NCBI RefSeq assembly: GCF_009914755.1
Contig: NC_060928.1
Source of the DNA: the human T2T-CHM13v2.0 reference genome, Homo sapiens
Strand: one strand, 5' to 3'
DNA length: 64,000 nucleotides
Made by a program: the position numbers and the translations under genes. This document shows, in pieces, positions 40,157-53,370 of this stretch (position 1 is the first letter of the stretch; each line of letters starts with the position of its first letter). The notes below the pieces were generated by a model that did not search any database, had not been told where the DNA came from, and was given only the letters and a program-made list of their open reading frames with translations.

Positions 40157-42073
40157 TCCCAAATCTCATGTCCTCACATTTCAAAACCAATCATGCCTTC
40201 CCAAAAATCCCGCAAAGTCTTAACTCATTTCAGCATTACTCAAAAGTCCACAGCCCAAAGTCTCATTCAAGATAAGGCAAGTCCCTTCCACCTATGAGCC
40301 TGTAACCTGTAAACCAAAAGCAAGTCAGTTACTTCCCAGACGCAATGGAGATACAGGCATTGGGTAAAGACAGCCATTCCAAATGGGAGAAATTGGCCAA
40401 AGCAAAGTGGTTACAGGCCCCATGCAAGTCCAAAATCCAGCAGGGCCGTCAAATCTTGAAACTCCAAAATCATCTCCTTTGACTCCACGTCCAACATCCA
40501 GGTCACACTGATAAAAAAGGTGGGTTCCCGTGGTGTTGCACAGCTCTGCCTCTGTGGCTTTGCAGGGTGTAGGGCCCCTCCAGGCTGCTTTCACAGGCTG
40601 GCATTGAATATCTTTGGCTTTCCCAAGTGCACAGTGCAAGCTGTCAGTGGATCTACCATTCTGGAGTCTGGAGGATGTTGACCTTCTTTTCAAATCTCCA
40701 TTAGGCAGTGCCCCATTGGGGACTCTATGGGGGCACCCACCCCACATTTCCTATCCTCACTGCTGTAGCAAAGGTTGTCCATGAGTGTCCCACCCCTGCA
40801 GCAAACTTCGGCCTGGACATCCAGGCGTTTCCATACATCCTCTGAAATCTAGGCAGAGGTTACCAAACCTCAATTCTTGACATCTGTGCACCTGTAGGCT
40901 CAACACCACATGAAAGCTACCAGGGCTTGGGGCTTGCACCCTTCAAAGTCACAGCCTGAGCTGTACCTTGGCCCCTTTTAATAATGGCCTGAATAGGTTG
41001 GAGTAGGGCACCAAGTGCATGGACTGTACTCAGTAGAGGTATCCTGGACCTGGCCCAGAAAACCAATTTTTCCTGCTAGGCCTCCAGGCCATGATGGGAG
41101 GGGCTGCCGCAAAGTTCTTCGACACATCCTAGACACATATTCTCCATCGTCCTGGAGATTAACATTCAGGTCCTCTTTATTAATGCAAACTTCTGCAGCT
41201 GGCTTGAATTTCCTCTCAGAAAATGTAATTTTCTGTTGCATTGTCAGGCTGCAAATTTTCTGAACTTTTATGCTCTGTTTCCCTTTTAAAACTTAATGCC
41301 TTTAACAACACACAAGTAACCTCTTGAATGTTTTGCTCCTTAGAAATTTCTTCTGCCAGATGCCCTAAATCATCTCTCTCAAGTTCAAAGTCCAGAAAAT
41401 CTCTAGGGCAGGGGCAAAATGCCTCCAGTCTCTTTACTAAAACCTAGCAGGAGTCACCTTTACTCCAGTTCCCAACAAGTTCCTCATCTCCATCTGAGAC
41501 CACTTTAGCTTAGATTGCATTGTCCATATCATTATCAGCATTTTGGTCAAAGCCATTCAACAAGTCTCTAGATCCAAACTTTCCCACATTTTCCTATCTT
41601 CTGAGCCCTCCAAACTGTTCTAACCTCTGCCTGTTACCCAGTTCCAAAGTTGCTTCCACATTTTCGGGTATCTTTTCAGCAGTGCCCCACTCTACTGATA
41701 CCAATTTACTGCATTAGTCCACTTTCATGCTGCTAATAAAGACATACCCAATACTGGGCAATTTACAAAACGAAGAGGTTTAGTGGACTTACAGTTCCAC
41801 ATGTCTGGGGAGGCCTCACAATCATGGTGGAAGATGAAAGCCATGTCTCACATGGAGGCAGACAAGAGAAGAGAATGAGAACCAAGTGAAAGGGGAAACC
41901 CCTTATTAAACCATCAGATCTTATGAGACCTAGTCATTACTAGGATAACAGTATGGGGAAAATTGCCCCCATGATTCAGTTATCTCCCACCAGGTCCCTC
42001 CAACAACATGTACAAATTATGGGAGCTACAATTGAAGATGAGATTTGGGTGGGGACACAGCTAAACCATATCA
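40157..42073 (-). mobile_element. THE1 (B/C) MaLR: 5'LTR 41710-42073 plus internal region; 3'LTR absent
   Basis: Reverse complement aligns to the THE1 at 22656-24505; stops just before the PPT. Confidence 0.95.
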
Positions 42074-42098
42074 CTAAGATTACACAGGGCTTTATTAA

Positions 42099-42492
<394 letters not shown>

Positions 42493-43821
42493 TTTATTGG
42501 CTATTTCTTTCAGGAATTCCCTAAAACACTGTTGTATATAGTCAATACCCAACATTGACATGAAGGCTTCCAGATTACAAAAATGTAACTGTTTTCTTAA
42601 TTACCTATAATATTATGAAAGTTAAAGTTTTTTATATATACATAATACATACAAATGTACATATATGTTTATATGTATATTTATTGTATTTTATAATTAA
42701 TAAAATACACTACAGTAATTACATGGCTATAATTATTAGGAGCAAACTTTTTTATTTTACAAAGAAAGAAAAATTGCTCATCAAATTTAAATGTGATCAG
42801 TAAATGTTAACCCAGTACTTTGACTGTTTTTACACTGTATAATAGTTATTACTACTTAGGAAATATTAGACTGTTCAGCTTTTAAAACCAATGCTTTAGA
42901 AAAAAGTGCTTGTGACACCATTATGTGACTGATCAACTGGCCTTTAAAAAAAAGAAATTATAACAACAGGCTATTTCTATTTTTTATATGGGGTAATGAT
43001 AACTTCTCATTTTGTATAATTGTCAATTATATTAAGTGATTTGCTAAAAGATCATGATTGTCATAGTCATTATCACCATCATTATTATCAAAAGGTCCCA
43101 AAAAATAGTTTACAGTACTAGACTCTATTAAACATAAAAGAATTGAGGCTAAATGGAGTCTTTATGTTAAATAAATTTGGCTTTCTCTTCTATTTTAAGA
43201 TTTGTGCCTGAGGTTTACATAAACATGCCTATTTTAAGAAATTGCATCTATTAATATAAGGTTGAGTGGCTTAGGTGAAAGGAAAAAGGCTCTAGGACTG
43301 TAGAAAAGTATCTTCAGCATCCTATTTGGATAAACTGCTTTTTATGATAGAAATAATACCTTCAAACATTAAATAATACTTTGCATCTGAATGAAAGGCT
43401 GTGAGCTAATTTAATTTTAGATAGTCCAAATCATGAAAACTAAAGATTTAACCAGACTGTTGTCATATAATTTTAGTTTCTGTAAAGTAACTCATAAAGA
43501 AACCATTTGACCACTACTTCCTGACTATCCTGCATTGGAATGGAGAGAAATAAACTCATCCTTTTTCTAATGAAATTGAGTCAAAAAAGTGTAATATAAT
43601 TATACATATATCCAATAGTTATTTAGTATTCTATTGGGATGGTAGATACTTTGGCATTGACTGATTTTTCTTTAATTTAGTGACAAAGTTGAATTGAGAA
43701 ACATGGTCCTTGAAACTCGCTTTCTGATTGCCTTTCTAACTATGACACTTTTCAAAGTTCTGTTATGTGTTTTACCCAATCTAGAATAAATAAATCTGAC
43801 TTTCTGATTAAAAGAATAACA

Positions 43822-44123
43822 GGCTGTGCACGGTGGCTCATGCCTGTAATCCCAACACTTTGGGAGGCCAAAGCGGATGGATCACCTGAAGTCAGGAGTT
43901 TGAGACCAGCCTGGCCAATATGGTGAAACCCCATCTCTACTAAAAATACAAAAATTAGATGGGCGTGGTGGTGGGCCTCTGTAATCCTAGCTACTCGGGA
44001 GGCTATGGCACAAGAATCTCTTGAACACGGGTGACGGAGGTTGCAGTGAGCTGAGATCGCGCCACTGCACTCCAGCCTGGGCGACAGAGTGAGAGTTTGT
44101 CTCAAAAACAAACAAAAAAACAA
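43822..44123 (+). mobile_element. AluSx-type SINE
   Basis: Full dimer; perfect 12-bp TSD AAAAGAATAACA (43810-43821, 44124-44135). Confidence 0.96.
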
Positions 44124-44614
44124 AAAAGAATAACAATAACTGGAATAATATAAGTTTTGCTACTTAATAGTTGAGTTAATTGTCTAGAAAGCCCGAAGTC
44201 TATTTTTTTTTAAATTCAGGAATATCTAATGTAAAATATAAAGTGATGACTTGTGAATTAATCAAATGAACTTTCTGTTTCCTCATCAAGACAAAATGTA
44301 GAACACTTAAGGAATAACTTTTTGGTTTTTACCTACATGCTATTCTTTTCATTTGACTGTATCATGATTTATATATTCTTGGACCTTTATCAAGGAAGAA
44401 ATGTAGAGCAGATATGCTGCAATGCACACCTCCTGGCTGAGTAAGTGTAATACCTTTTGCTCCCATCTGCCATTAGCAAATATCCACAGATCAATTTTTG
44501 AGTTACATTACTTCAGACAAGACTCTCTCTGAAATGGTGTATAAGCCATAAAATTATCCATAGAGGAATATTTATATCAAAATCCTTTCAAATATAAAGT
44601 TTATTATAATATTT

Positions 44615-45525
44615 TGTATTTAGCTAATATATTATTTACTACAATAATAATGCTGAATAACAAATAATCACAAAATCCCAATGGCACACAACAAACATGC
44701 AGTCATCTACTGCAGGTCATGTAAGTGGCTGTGTAGCTCTTGCCTCACACACATGCCCTTGGGGGTCAGCTGAGTGACTGCTGATTTAGCATGATCTCAG
44801 CATAGACAGTTTGTAGCACTTGGATCAGCCACCTTTTTATCTCTGGAATGCAAGCCCAGACCTGTTCTCAATTAATTGCAGAGTAGAAGAAATAAGAGGA
44901 AAAGCTCAATCACGCAAGTGCTTTTCAAACCTGTGTTGTTGTCACATTTACTAACTTCCACTGGCCAAATCATATCAGATGGCTGGGCCTAGAATTGGAG
45001 TGGAGGACACTGTGTGTTAGATGCTATCATGTGCTGTTTAGTTCTTCCTTTAGGAGTGAAGGACAAGTTATCCCAGTTGCTCTGAGTGCTGCTGGCAGGA
45101 AGCTCTCAAGTGTTAGCCTGGTTTAATAATTGCCTCAGCAGAAGAGAGCCACCTCGAAAAGATTATGTCTTCTTGGGGCAACTAGTGTTTAATGACTGGT
45201 TTACACAGGAGTATTAAAACCTGACACTTTAACCACAAACAGGGAACAGTTCTGAAAAGTGATTCAATTTTCAGATCTCCCTGTAAGGTTAGTTGAGAAT
45301 TCCATGAAGACTCCATTGCTGCTCAACATCTCCTTCTGTCTGATTCTGCTTCCTTTCATCTCATTCCACAGGTGTTGAGCCCAAGAGCGTTTGTTAATTC
45401 ACTTCCTGCTCTAATCTCCACCCCAATGTCAATTTCCCAGAGAATGTAACCTGCAACACACTGCAAAATCCCTCAAAGTTCATAGTGGCTCAAGAAAAAG
45501 GTAGTGAACTCCTTAACACTATCAA
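44615..45525 (-). mobile_element. MLT1G/H-type LTR interrupted by LTR16
   Basis: ACAATAATAATGCTGAATAACAAATAATCACAAAATCCCAATGGC...CACATTTACTAACTTCCACTGGCCAAA. Confidence 0.7.
45013..45458 (+). mobile_element. LTR16 (A/C) ERVL solo LTR
   Basis: TG...CA termini; TGCCTCAGCAGAAGAGAGCCACCTC; CCACAGGTGTTGAGCCCAAGAG; perfect 5-bp TSD CACTG. Confidence 0.85.
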
Positions 45526-45607
45526 TCAAGCAGAATATTTTATCATAACAATTAAGCAGGGTGAGATTTGATCATCCTTAAAACAGTAACCACATAAAGA
45601 TATTTTT

Positions 45608-45923
45608 ATTTTTCTTTCTTTCTTTTTCTTTTATTTTTTTTAGACAGGGTCTGAGTCTCTGTTGCCCCAGCTGTAGTGCAGTGGTGTGACCTCGGCTCAC
45701 TGTTACCCCCACTTCCCGGGTTCATGCAATTCTCCCTGCCTTCGCCTCCGAGTAACTGGGATTACAGTTGCCCATCACCAAGCCTGGCGAATTTTTGTAT
45801 TTTTCATAGGAACGGGTTTCACCATGTTGCCCAGGCTGGTCTCGAACTCCTGACCTCAAGTGATCGGCCTGCCTCGACCTCCCAAAGTGCTGGGTTTACA
45901 TGTTTGAGCCACCGCGCCCGGCC
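45608..45923 (-). mobile_element. AluS (Sz/Sx-like)
   Basis: T-rich tail, full dimer ending GAGCCACCGCGCCCGGCC; TSD-like A(A/G)GATATTTTT. Confidence 0.95.
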
Positions 45924-46706
45924 AGGATATTTTTCTTAATTCCAAAAAACGTGCTCTGACTTTCAAGGCCCTCTTCAGTTTGTACTTGGCACTTGTCCCC
46001 AAAATCATCGTCCAATTCTCCTTTAGCATTGACTAATATTCTAGTAAGCCAGCAGCATAACTAGCCTGTGCCCACATTTTCTTTATTTTTATTCTTGGTC
46101 ACATTCCTGACTCTGTTTGAATGCTATTGTTTCTATTGGGCTGCCTGTCAAGGTTTAACTCTTTATTCTAAGCTGATTTCAAATCTTACTACTTACTACT
46201 TGTTCTCTCTTGGGATTCATCACAGTTGGACAGCATATGATCCCTCCTAGCACATTATACCTCTCTTTGTGCACTTATCATAGCCTGCTTAATAACTTAT
46301 ATTCTTGCCTGACATCCTGCTGGGATTCCCAAGGGTAGGGATTCTGTCACAGTCACCTTTTTTATTACTTAGGTCTTCTAGCAAGGTGAATTAACATAGT
46401 TTCTTTTTTAAATATAAACAACTGAGTGATATATTAAAAGTCATCTATTATCCATTATATTCCATAAAGATTTCTCATATAGAAATATGTGTCAATAAAT
46501 ATCAGATTTTAAATAGTATTTTGATGGAGAATGTGCATATTTTTTTTTTCCACAGGACAAACATGTTTCAAATGCAAACAAGAAGAAAAGCTGTTGCAGC
46601 AATCTGGATACTCAAAGTGAACAGATGATGTACTCCAAGCTAAAGATCTCAATTTTGACCTCTTATTTATTGGACCATAGTATTATATACAAATTACACG
46701 CATAAC

Positions 46707-46852
46707 TTATATACATATATATGTGTGTATATATATATATATAAATACACACGTATATATATATATGTTGACACATACACTTACATATACATATATGTCT
46801 GTGTATATATTATGTGTGTGTGTGTATATATGTGTGTGTGTGTGTGTCTGTA
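46707..46852 (+). repeat. Compound (TA)n/(CA)n/(TG)n microsatellite
   Basis: Directly visible alternating purine-pyrimidine tract. Confidence 0.92.
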
Positions 46853-46922
46853 TTATTTTTAGGGTACCCAGCAATTTTTTTTAAAAAACCAGAATTTTAA
46901 GATATGCAGACACAGAAATGAC

Positions 46923-47335
46923 TGTCGTAAAGAGAGATGGTTTCCCTCACAGGTTCCTAGAGACAGGAGACACTCCATACCACATAGGGCCACATAGAAA
47001 AGCATCAGGATCATTCAAGTAGCAGAGTAAATGAGGGAAAACAGGTGCAAGAGCCTTTATTTTAGTTTCTCTGAGAAGAAATGGGTTAGGCAAGGTAACA
47101 AGCCTAGAATTGTCTAGTTTGAATAATTTCATTGGGCACTGAGCATCCCTAGTTGTCTAATACCTGGTCCTAGAATGATTAAGGAAGGAAGATAGCAGCC
47201 CAGAGTGTAAGAGCCGAGTAAAAGTGGTAGCTGGGGCCATGCACTGTGGATTGGTTGGTTTGCATATGAAAAACACACTCACAGAGTCCCCAAGTTATTA
47301 AAGTATCAAAAATACAGAATAAAGAGACACAATTA
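46923..47335 (-). mobile_element. Old ERVL-class solo LTR (MER76-like; name uncertain)
   Basis: AGAGCCTTTATT...AGGCAAGGTAA...CTAGTTTGAATAATTTCA...CCCTAGTTGTCT...GGATTGGTTGGTTTGCATATGAAA. Confidence 0.65.
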
Positions 47336-48282
47336 ATATATACATATATATGTGTTTTGTAATTTTTTACACGTTCTTTTTTTTCCGGACCACATGGGAC
47401 ATTTTTACAGTTATGTTATGTATAATCTGTTCTCAATAAGTACTTTCATTATGTATTATTTATTCAAACTCATTCAAAGTGAATCTCAAGATGCTATTTA
47501 TACAACCTATCCTCCTCTTGGAAAATATACTTTTTAAATCAAGAAGCTGTTCTTCTCATTGTTACCCTTTGGCTTATCTTCTTGACTTATTTTATAATCA
47601 ATTACAGCACACAAGCTTAACTTACTTAAAAAGATCATAGTTATATAACAGTTCTTTCTTTTCCTACCAATTTCTCTCAAAACACACATCCTTTATCCTC
47701 TTAACACAAGAGCAAGCAAACTTATTTTCCTGATTTGAAACTCCAAAGCACATTTTATTATTTCAGCTGCTCACCTGTTTTCAATTCCTCAAGAGTTTCA
47801 CCATATAAACAAGTCACTACTTAGCCAGCTCTTTTTATTCAAATGCAATATTAACATTGTACTCTACAAACTATAAATCCTGACTCGGAAAATATAGGGA
47901 CCATCAATAGTGGGTTGATATATTCTAATTTCCAAAAGAAGAACACTAACATTAAAGAAGTCATGTGCCCTGCAAAACTTTTCTTTAAAAATTAAGGATA
48001 AATAATGGTATCCCAATATAAAAGAGGAACTTTGTCACTAGCAAGCCATCCCTACAAGAAATACTAAATAAATAAATTTCCTGAGGATAAAATGTTAAAA
48101 TAACAAGAAACTGATCAGTAACTTGAATCTATATGAAGAAATGAAGAGCACCAGTAAGGATAACTACACAGATAAACATACAAGACAACATAATGGATGT
48201 TTTGGGTACAACTTATTTATCCTACTTGATTTAAGAGACAATTGAATAAAGCAGCAAATATTAGTTTGTGTTCTTGGGCATG

Positions 48283-48724
48283 TGCTATGGCTTGGATATG
48301 GTTTATTTGTCCAGACCAAAAGTCATGTTGAAAATTTGATTCCCAACATGGTGGTGCTGGCAGGTGGGGCCTACAGGAAGGTATTTGGGTCATAGGTATG
48401 TATCCCTTAGGAGTGGCTATGTGCTGTTCTCCAGGTAGTGAGTGACTTCTTGCTCTCATGAGACTGCAGTTGTTCTCACAGGAATGGATTAGTTCCTGAG
48501 AGAGTGGATTGTTATAAAGCCTGAGGACACCCCTCAGGTTTTCCCTCTTTGCATGTTTTCAGTTCCCCTTTGACCTTCCCAGCCATGTTTTTTTGCAACA
48601 TGAAAGCCCTGGCCAGAAGCCCTTGAACTTCTCGACCTGTAGAACTGTGAGCTAAATAACTTTTTTTCCTTAAAATTTATCCAGTCTCAGATTTTTTTCT
48701 AGCAACACAAAATAGACTAAGAGA
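48283..48724 (+). mobile_element. MSTB (B1/B2) MaLR solo LTR
   Basis: TGCTATGGCTTGGATATGGTTT...GAACTGTGAGCTAAATAA...AGCAACACAAAATAGACTAAGAGA; TSD GCATG/GAATG. Confidence 0.9.
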
Positions 48725-48915
48725 GAATGGAAAGTATAAAGGTGTAATTTGTAGGACTATATCAGCAAAAAGGAGGAGAGAGAAAATAATGTTATATGTA
48801 AGGGCAAATTTCTTGAATACTATTGAAATTAATTTGCTATTAATCCAAACTAGATCATTATAAATTCAGCCGCAAATTATAATCCTGGGAGAAACTACTA
48901 GAAACTGTCAATTAT

Positions 48916-48917
<2 letters not shown>

Positions 48918-48953
<36 letters not shown>
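48918..48953 (+). repeat. (GT)18 microsatellite
   Basis: Directly visible, uninterrupted. Confidence 0.97.
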
Positions 48954-48956
<3 letters not shown>

Positions 48957-49084
48957 ATAAATATAATTGGCAATGGAATTAAAATGGCACACTAGAGAAT
49001 ATCTATAACAAAAGTGGGAAGTTAGGGAGAACAGACGGAAAAAAACAACTTATTACATACAGAAAACAAATAGCAAAAGGCGTG

Positions 49085-49321
49085 ATGGTCAGAGGTACAA
49101 AATAATACTGATTAATATCAAGTGTTTAATAGATTGGTTTAAAGATCAGGTAACTTAAAAGAGGCAGTTGAAAAACTGGTAACAAGAAGATCTGAAAAAA
49201 ACATAGGTGGATAGACCTCTTCAAGTATCTATAGACTATGAAGATATTTTTGTCCCATTTCAGTTCTTCATAAAAATCAACATATGCCAAGAAAGATTTT
49301 AATTATCATATTGACAAGAAT
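49085..49321 (+). mobile_element. Orphan ancient ERVL-class internal fragment (RNase H region)
   Basis: Colinear with HERV-L at ~59190-59430 in this window (ATACTGATT..., TGGATAGACCTCT, TGAAGATATTTTTGTCCCAT, GATTTTAAT). Confidence 0.7.
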
Positions 49322-50225
49322 AAAAAAACAAAAACTCTACAGTAAAAACACAAATAAACCAATTTGAAAAATGGTCAAAGGAATAAATAGTCATTTCTCC
49401 AAAGAAGATATGCAGATGACCAATAAGCATATAAAAATATGTTCAATAGCATTAGTAACTAGAGAAATGTAAATCATACCACAAAAGATTCAACTTCACA
49501 AACCACTTGGTGAATATAATAAAAAAACAGACATGAATAAGTGTTGGCAAAGATGCTGAGAAATTGGGATACTCATACATTGATGGTGGGAATGTAAAAT
49601 GGTACAGTCAATTTAGAAAACATTTTGACAATTTCTGAAAAACTTAATCATTGACCCAGTTGCAATATGACCCAGTAATTGTGGTATGAGATTTATATTC
49701 CAGTGAACTAAATGAGTATTATACACACAATAACTTATACACAAATGTTCATTACATTATTCATAAAATCTAAAAAGTGGGAAAAAATCAAATGTCCATC
49801 AACTAATGAATAGCTAAGCAAAATGAGGTATCTATATAATTAAATATCACTGAGCCATGAAAATGAATATGATACTGATACATGCTACAATATCAATGAA
49901 CCTTGAAACTATTATGCTAAATAAAAGCATCTAGAGACAAAGTTAATATATTGCATGATGCAGTTTATATGAAGTGTTCAGATAAGCAAATCCCTAAAGA
50001 TAGAATGTTAATATTCCCTCCCAGCATCCAGTGGGACATAAGGAAGATGAAGGATTGGGGAGCGAGTGCTAACTGGGATGGGGTTTTTTCGGGGGAGGGG
50101 ATGAAAAAGCTTTGAAATTAGTGGTAATATCTGGACAACTTTGTGAACACACTAAAGACCATTGAATTGTACACATTAAAATGGTGACTTAAGTGACTTA
50201 TGTATATTTTCTCAATTAAAATATT
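49322..50225 (+). mobile_element. L1MB-type 3' end
   Basis: CATTTCTCCAAAGAAGATATGCAGATG...AAGTGTTGGCAAAGATG...CATGCTACAATATCAATGAACCTTGAAA...CATTGAATTGTACACATTAAAATGGTGA. Confidence 0.88.
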
Positions 50226-50963
50226 GAAACATAAGGTTTTGTTTATCATCCTAAAGTCAAATTTGCCTACAAAACACCCCCTTTATATTTATGTAACAGC
50301 CAATTAATTCATCTTGGGTTAAAGATTGTACATAAGAACTCCATATCACATTTCCTTGCTAGAATTACAGAATTCTACCCGGATAGCAAGATTATATAAT
50401 AAGTGTACTTATATTCATATATCTGATTTCTGCTTTATTTACAAGTGAATGTACATTTAAGGTAGTATATTAACAAAGTTATAATTACGCAGTTTTTCAT
50501 TTTTGACTGATTTGAAGAGTGTCCAAAGCAGTTTATTAAGAAAAAAAATCTGGTGTTCATTTAATGAATGCATAAAATTTATAAAGAAAATACTATTCTA
50601 AAGCTTATAATTAAAATATTCCTCCATGCTGATAATATTTCCCAGCTCAGTCACTATTGAATTATTTCTTCAGGTATCTTCTATCATATTTTTGAAATTT
50701 TTCTACCATTTCTTGATTTCATAAATTAAAATTATTGAACCATTTTCAATGATGTATAATGATATTTTAGGTTTCATTTCTTTATGCCCAGGCTCACACT
50801 TACCTTCTTTCCCCCCACATGCTCAAATGTGATTATACTTCACGTATTGTTAAGTTTATATCATTTTTATATAATTATGATTATGTTCTTATTGTTCACA
50901 GAAGCCACATACTCTTGTATGATTTCATTTCCATCTTTTCTTAATAGTTTTCAGACCTAATGA

Positions 50964-51153
<190 letters not shown>

Positions 51154-51552
51154 TTGCCTAAGTTTCTCAGTACCCATTTTTTCCTAAAATTTTCAACAGA
51201 ATTCTCAATCTCTTCTCAGTGTTAAGTGCATCGTGGAATCTATCATTCCATATTTGATCACGTGGCTATTCCTCTATGAGTCCTCTGTCCTTTGGCTCCT
51301 ATACATACGGCTAGGAAACTGCCAGCTGCAGAGCTGGCATCCTCACTCACACTTTCCTTTAACATCATTCTGGAAAATTATTTAGCCTTTATCTTGTATT
51401 TAGTCCTTTTTTTGCTTTGTTAATTTATTTCTTTTTTTATGTGAAATGTGTTCTGCGTTAGCTTTCTGAGAAAGGACACGTGGAAATTAAATATTTCGCA
51501 CCTCTGGGAGTGTTTGCAATCTTTCTTATTTCTGTTTGTTAATTTATTAGAC

Positions 51553-52655
51553 TATGAATTCATCAGGACTTCTTAACACAGTGTCACAAACTGACTAGCT
51601 TGAACAGCAGAAATTGATTGCCACACAGTTTTGGAGCTAGAAGTCCAAGATCATTGTGTCTGGGGGGCTGGCTGGTTCCACTTGAGGTGTCTTAGAGGCT
51701 GTAAGGAAGAAACTCCTTCATGCCTCTCGCCTAGCTTCCAGTGGTATGCTGATCTTCTTTGGTATTTTTTGGCTTATAGAATCATCTCTTAGCTCTCCGC
51801 CTTAATATCTTTATGGTGTTCTCTCTGTATGTGTGTCTATGTCCAAGTCTCCCTTTTTCATAAGTGCATGATATTGGAGTAGAGGCCCATCCTATTTCAC
51901 TATGTTCTCACCTAACTAATTTAGTGGCCAAGACTCTTGAGTCCCTGGAGGTTCACTGAAAGACACTGACATGAAGCAGATTGATTAATATGAGAAAAGA
52001 CACACAAATTTAAATAACATTATATATATAGTAGCCTTAAAAATAAAGACCTGAAGATGCAGAGGAAATTGTCCATTTTTATGCTGTGTTAAACAAAGTT
52101 TGGACAGCCATGTAGAAATATGATTAGATAAAAAGGATATAATCTAATGTTAATAGATAGGTTAATTGATTAATAAATTTAGTGGGGAAACCCAGTAAAA
52201 CCTGTCTGTCTAGATTTTTCTTGACCTGTCTGAGCATGCATTTCTTTTTTCTGGGTATGGGGCAGGGCCTCTCTCATAGTCAAACCAGGTAGGTCAGATA
52301 ATTTCTTTATGGCCAGTTTTTACACAGACTACTTACAGGTTTTATGACTGGCTTTTGGGAAAAGAGGTTGTGGTTTCTATGACCCACGTTGGAGAGAGAG
52401 ATTCTAGTTTCTGTGGCTACTCTTGGGGTAGAATGGAAATGAGAGACAGGAGGACAAGGGAAGGTTACAGAAAAAGAATTGCTTCTGTGGCTGTTGCTGA
52501 TGCCTTCTTTTTGGGGTATTGTTTTCTGATCTCCAATGCTAATTATGTGCACATTGATCTTATTTCCAAAAAAGATTATGTCATGAGGCACTGGGAGTTA
52601 GGACTAAGGACTTCAACATACACATTTTGGGGAAGATTCACTTCAACCCATAAAA
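51553..52655 (-). mobile_element. MLT1C-type LTR interrupted by an ERV1 LTR
   Basis: CACAAACTGACTAGCTTGAACAGCAGAAATT...GAAGTCCAAGATCA...CCTAGCTTCCAGTGG; resumes ATTTCCAAA...GGAGTTAGGACT...TTCAACCCATAA. Confidence 0.85.
51920..52538 (-). mobile_element. MER31-like ERV1 solo LTR
   Basis: CTGACATGAAGCAGATTGATTAAT...GTCCATTTTTATGCT...TGGACAGCCATGTAGAAATATGATT...TTTGGGGTATTGTTTTCTGA; 4-bp TSD CTAA. Confidence 0.8.
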
Positions 52656-52954
52656 TGGACTATACAGTTTTTGTTTATAAATTATTTTACTTCAGGTAAT
52701 TAAAGTCACTTTGGCATCATAGACTATATTTTAGCATTGTTGAATGTTTTAATGCTACTTGGGTCCTGGGAACTTGTATATGTGTAACGTATTTCCCTCA
52801 CCTTTTCTTTTTTCTTTTTTTTTTTTTTTTTTGATTTTTCTTTAATTCCTTAGGTATTCTGAAATTTTTGAATGGCATGCTCACTTCATTATTGTGTTAA
52901 TGAAGTCTCTAAATCAGCCCATTCAATTGGCATATCACTTGTGGTTCAAGAAGG

Positions 52955-53297
52955 GAAAGAGAACCTGTATGAAAGAGATACGTGTGTATGCACATGCATA
53001 TTTATATGCTTACATAGACATATAAAGAAATTTCTATGATTCAAGGGCCTGGATAAGTTAAGTTCACAATCCGTAGGAAAGATGAGCTCATCTACTGAAG
53101 GAATTACTTCTCTCTCTTGCTAATTCAATCAGGCCCACCCAGATAACCAAAAATACTGTAATCTTTCTTACTTAATGTCAACCAATTAGGGGTTTTACTT
53201 GCATCTCTGAAATACTGTCATAGCATATCTAAATTAGAGTTTTATTGAATAGTTTGGACTGTGCCCAAGTCAATCTGAATATCAAACATACCATCAA
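52955..53297 (-). mobile_element. Old MLT2 (D/E/F) LTR relic
   Basis: AATCAGGCCCACCCAGATAA...CTTACTTAATGTCAACCAATTA...CATCTCTGAAATAC...CCAAGTCAA. Confidence 0.65.
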
Positions 53298-53370
53298 AAT
53301 CAATAAATAAAATTATCTTCATTTTCAGGAATTTTCTAGAAATATTTACACTGTACTTTTCTCCCCAATC

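Larger units (their letters stand above)
47870..49084 (+). mobile_element. Old L1M ORF1 end / inter-ORF relic, interrupted by MSTB
   Basis: CCTGCAAAACTTTTCTTTAAAAATTAAGGA...TTTGTCACTAGCAAGCCATCCCTACAAGAAATACTAAA; ACAGAAAACAAATAGCAAAA. Confidence 0.75.
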
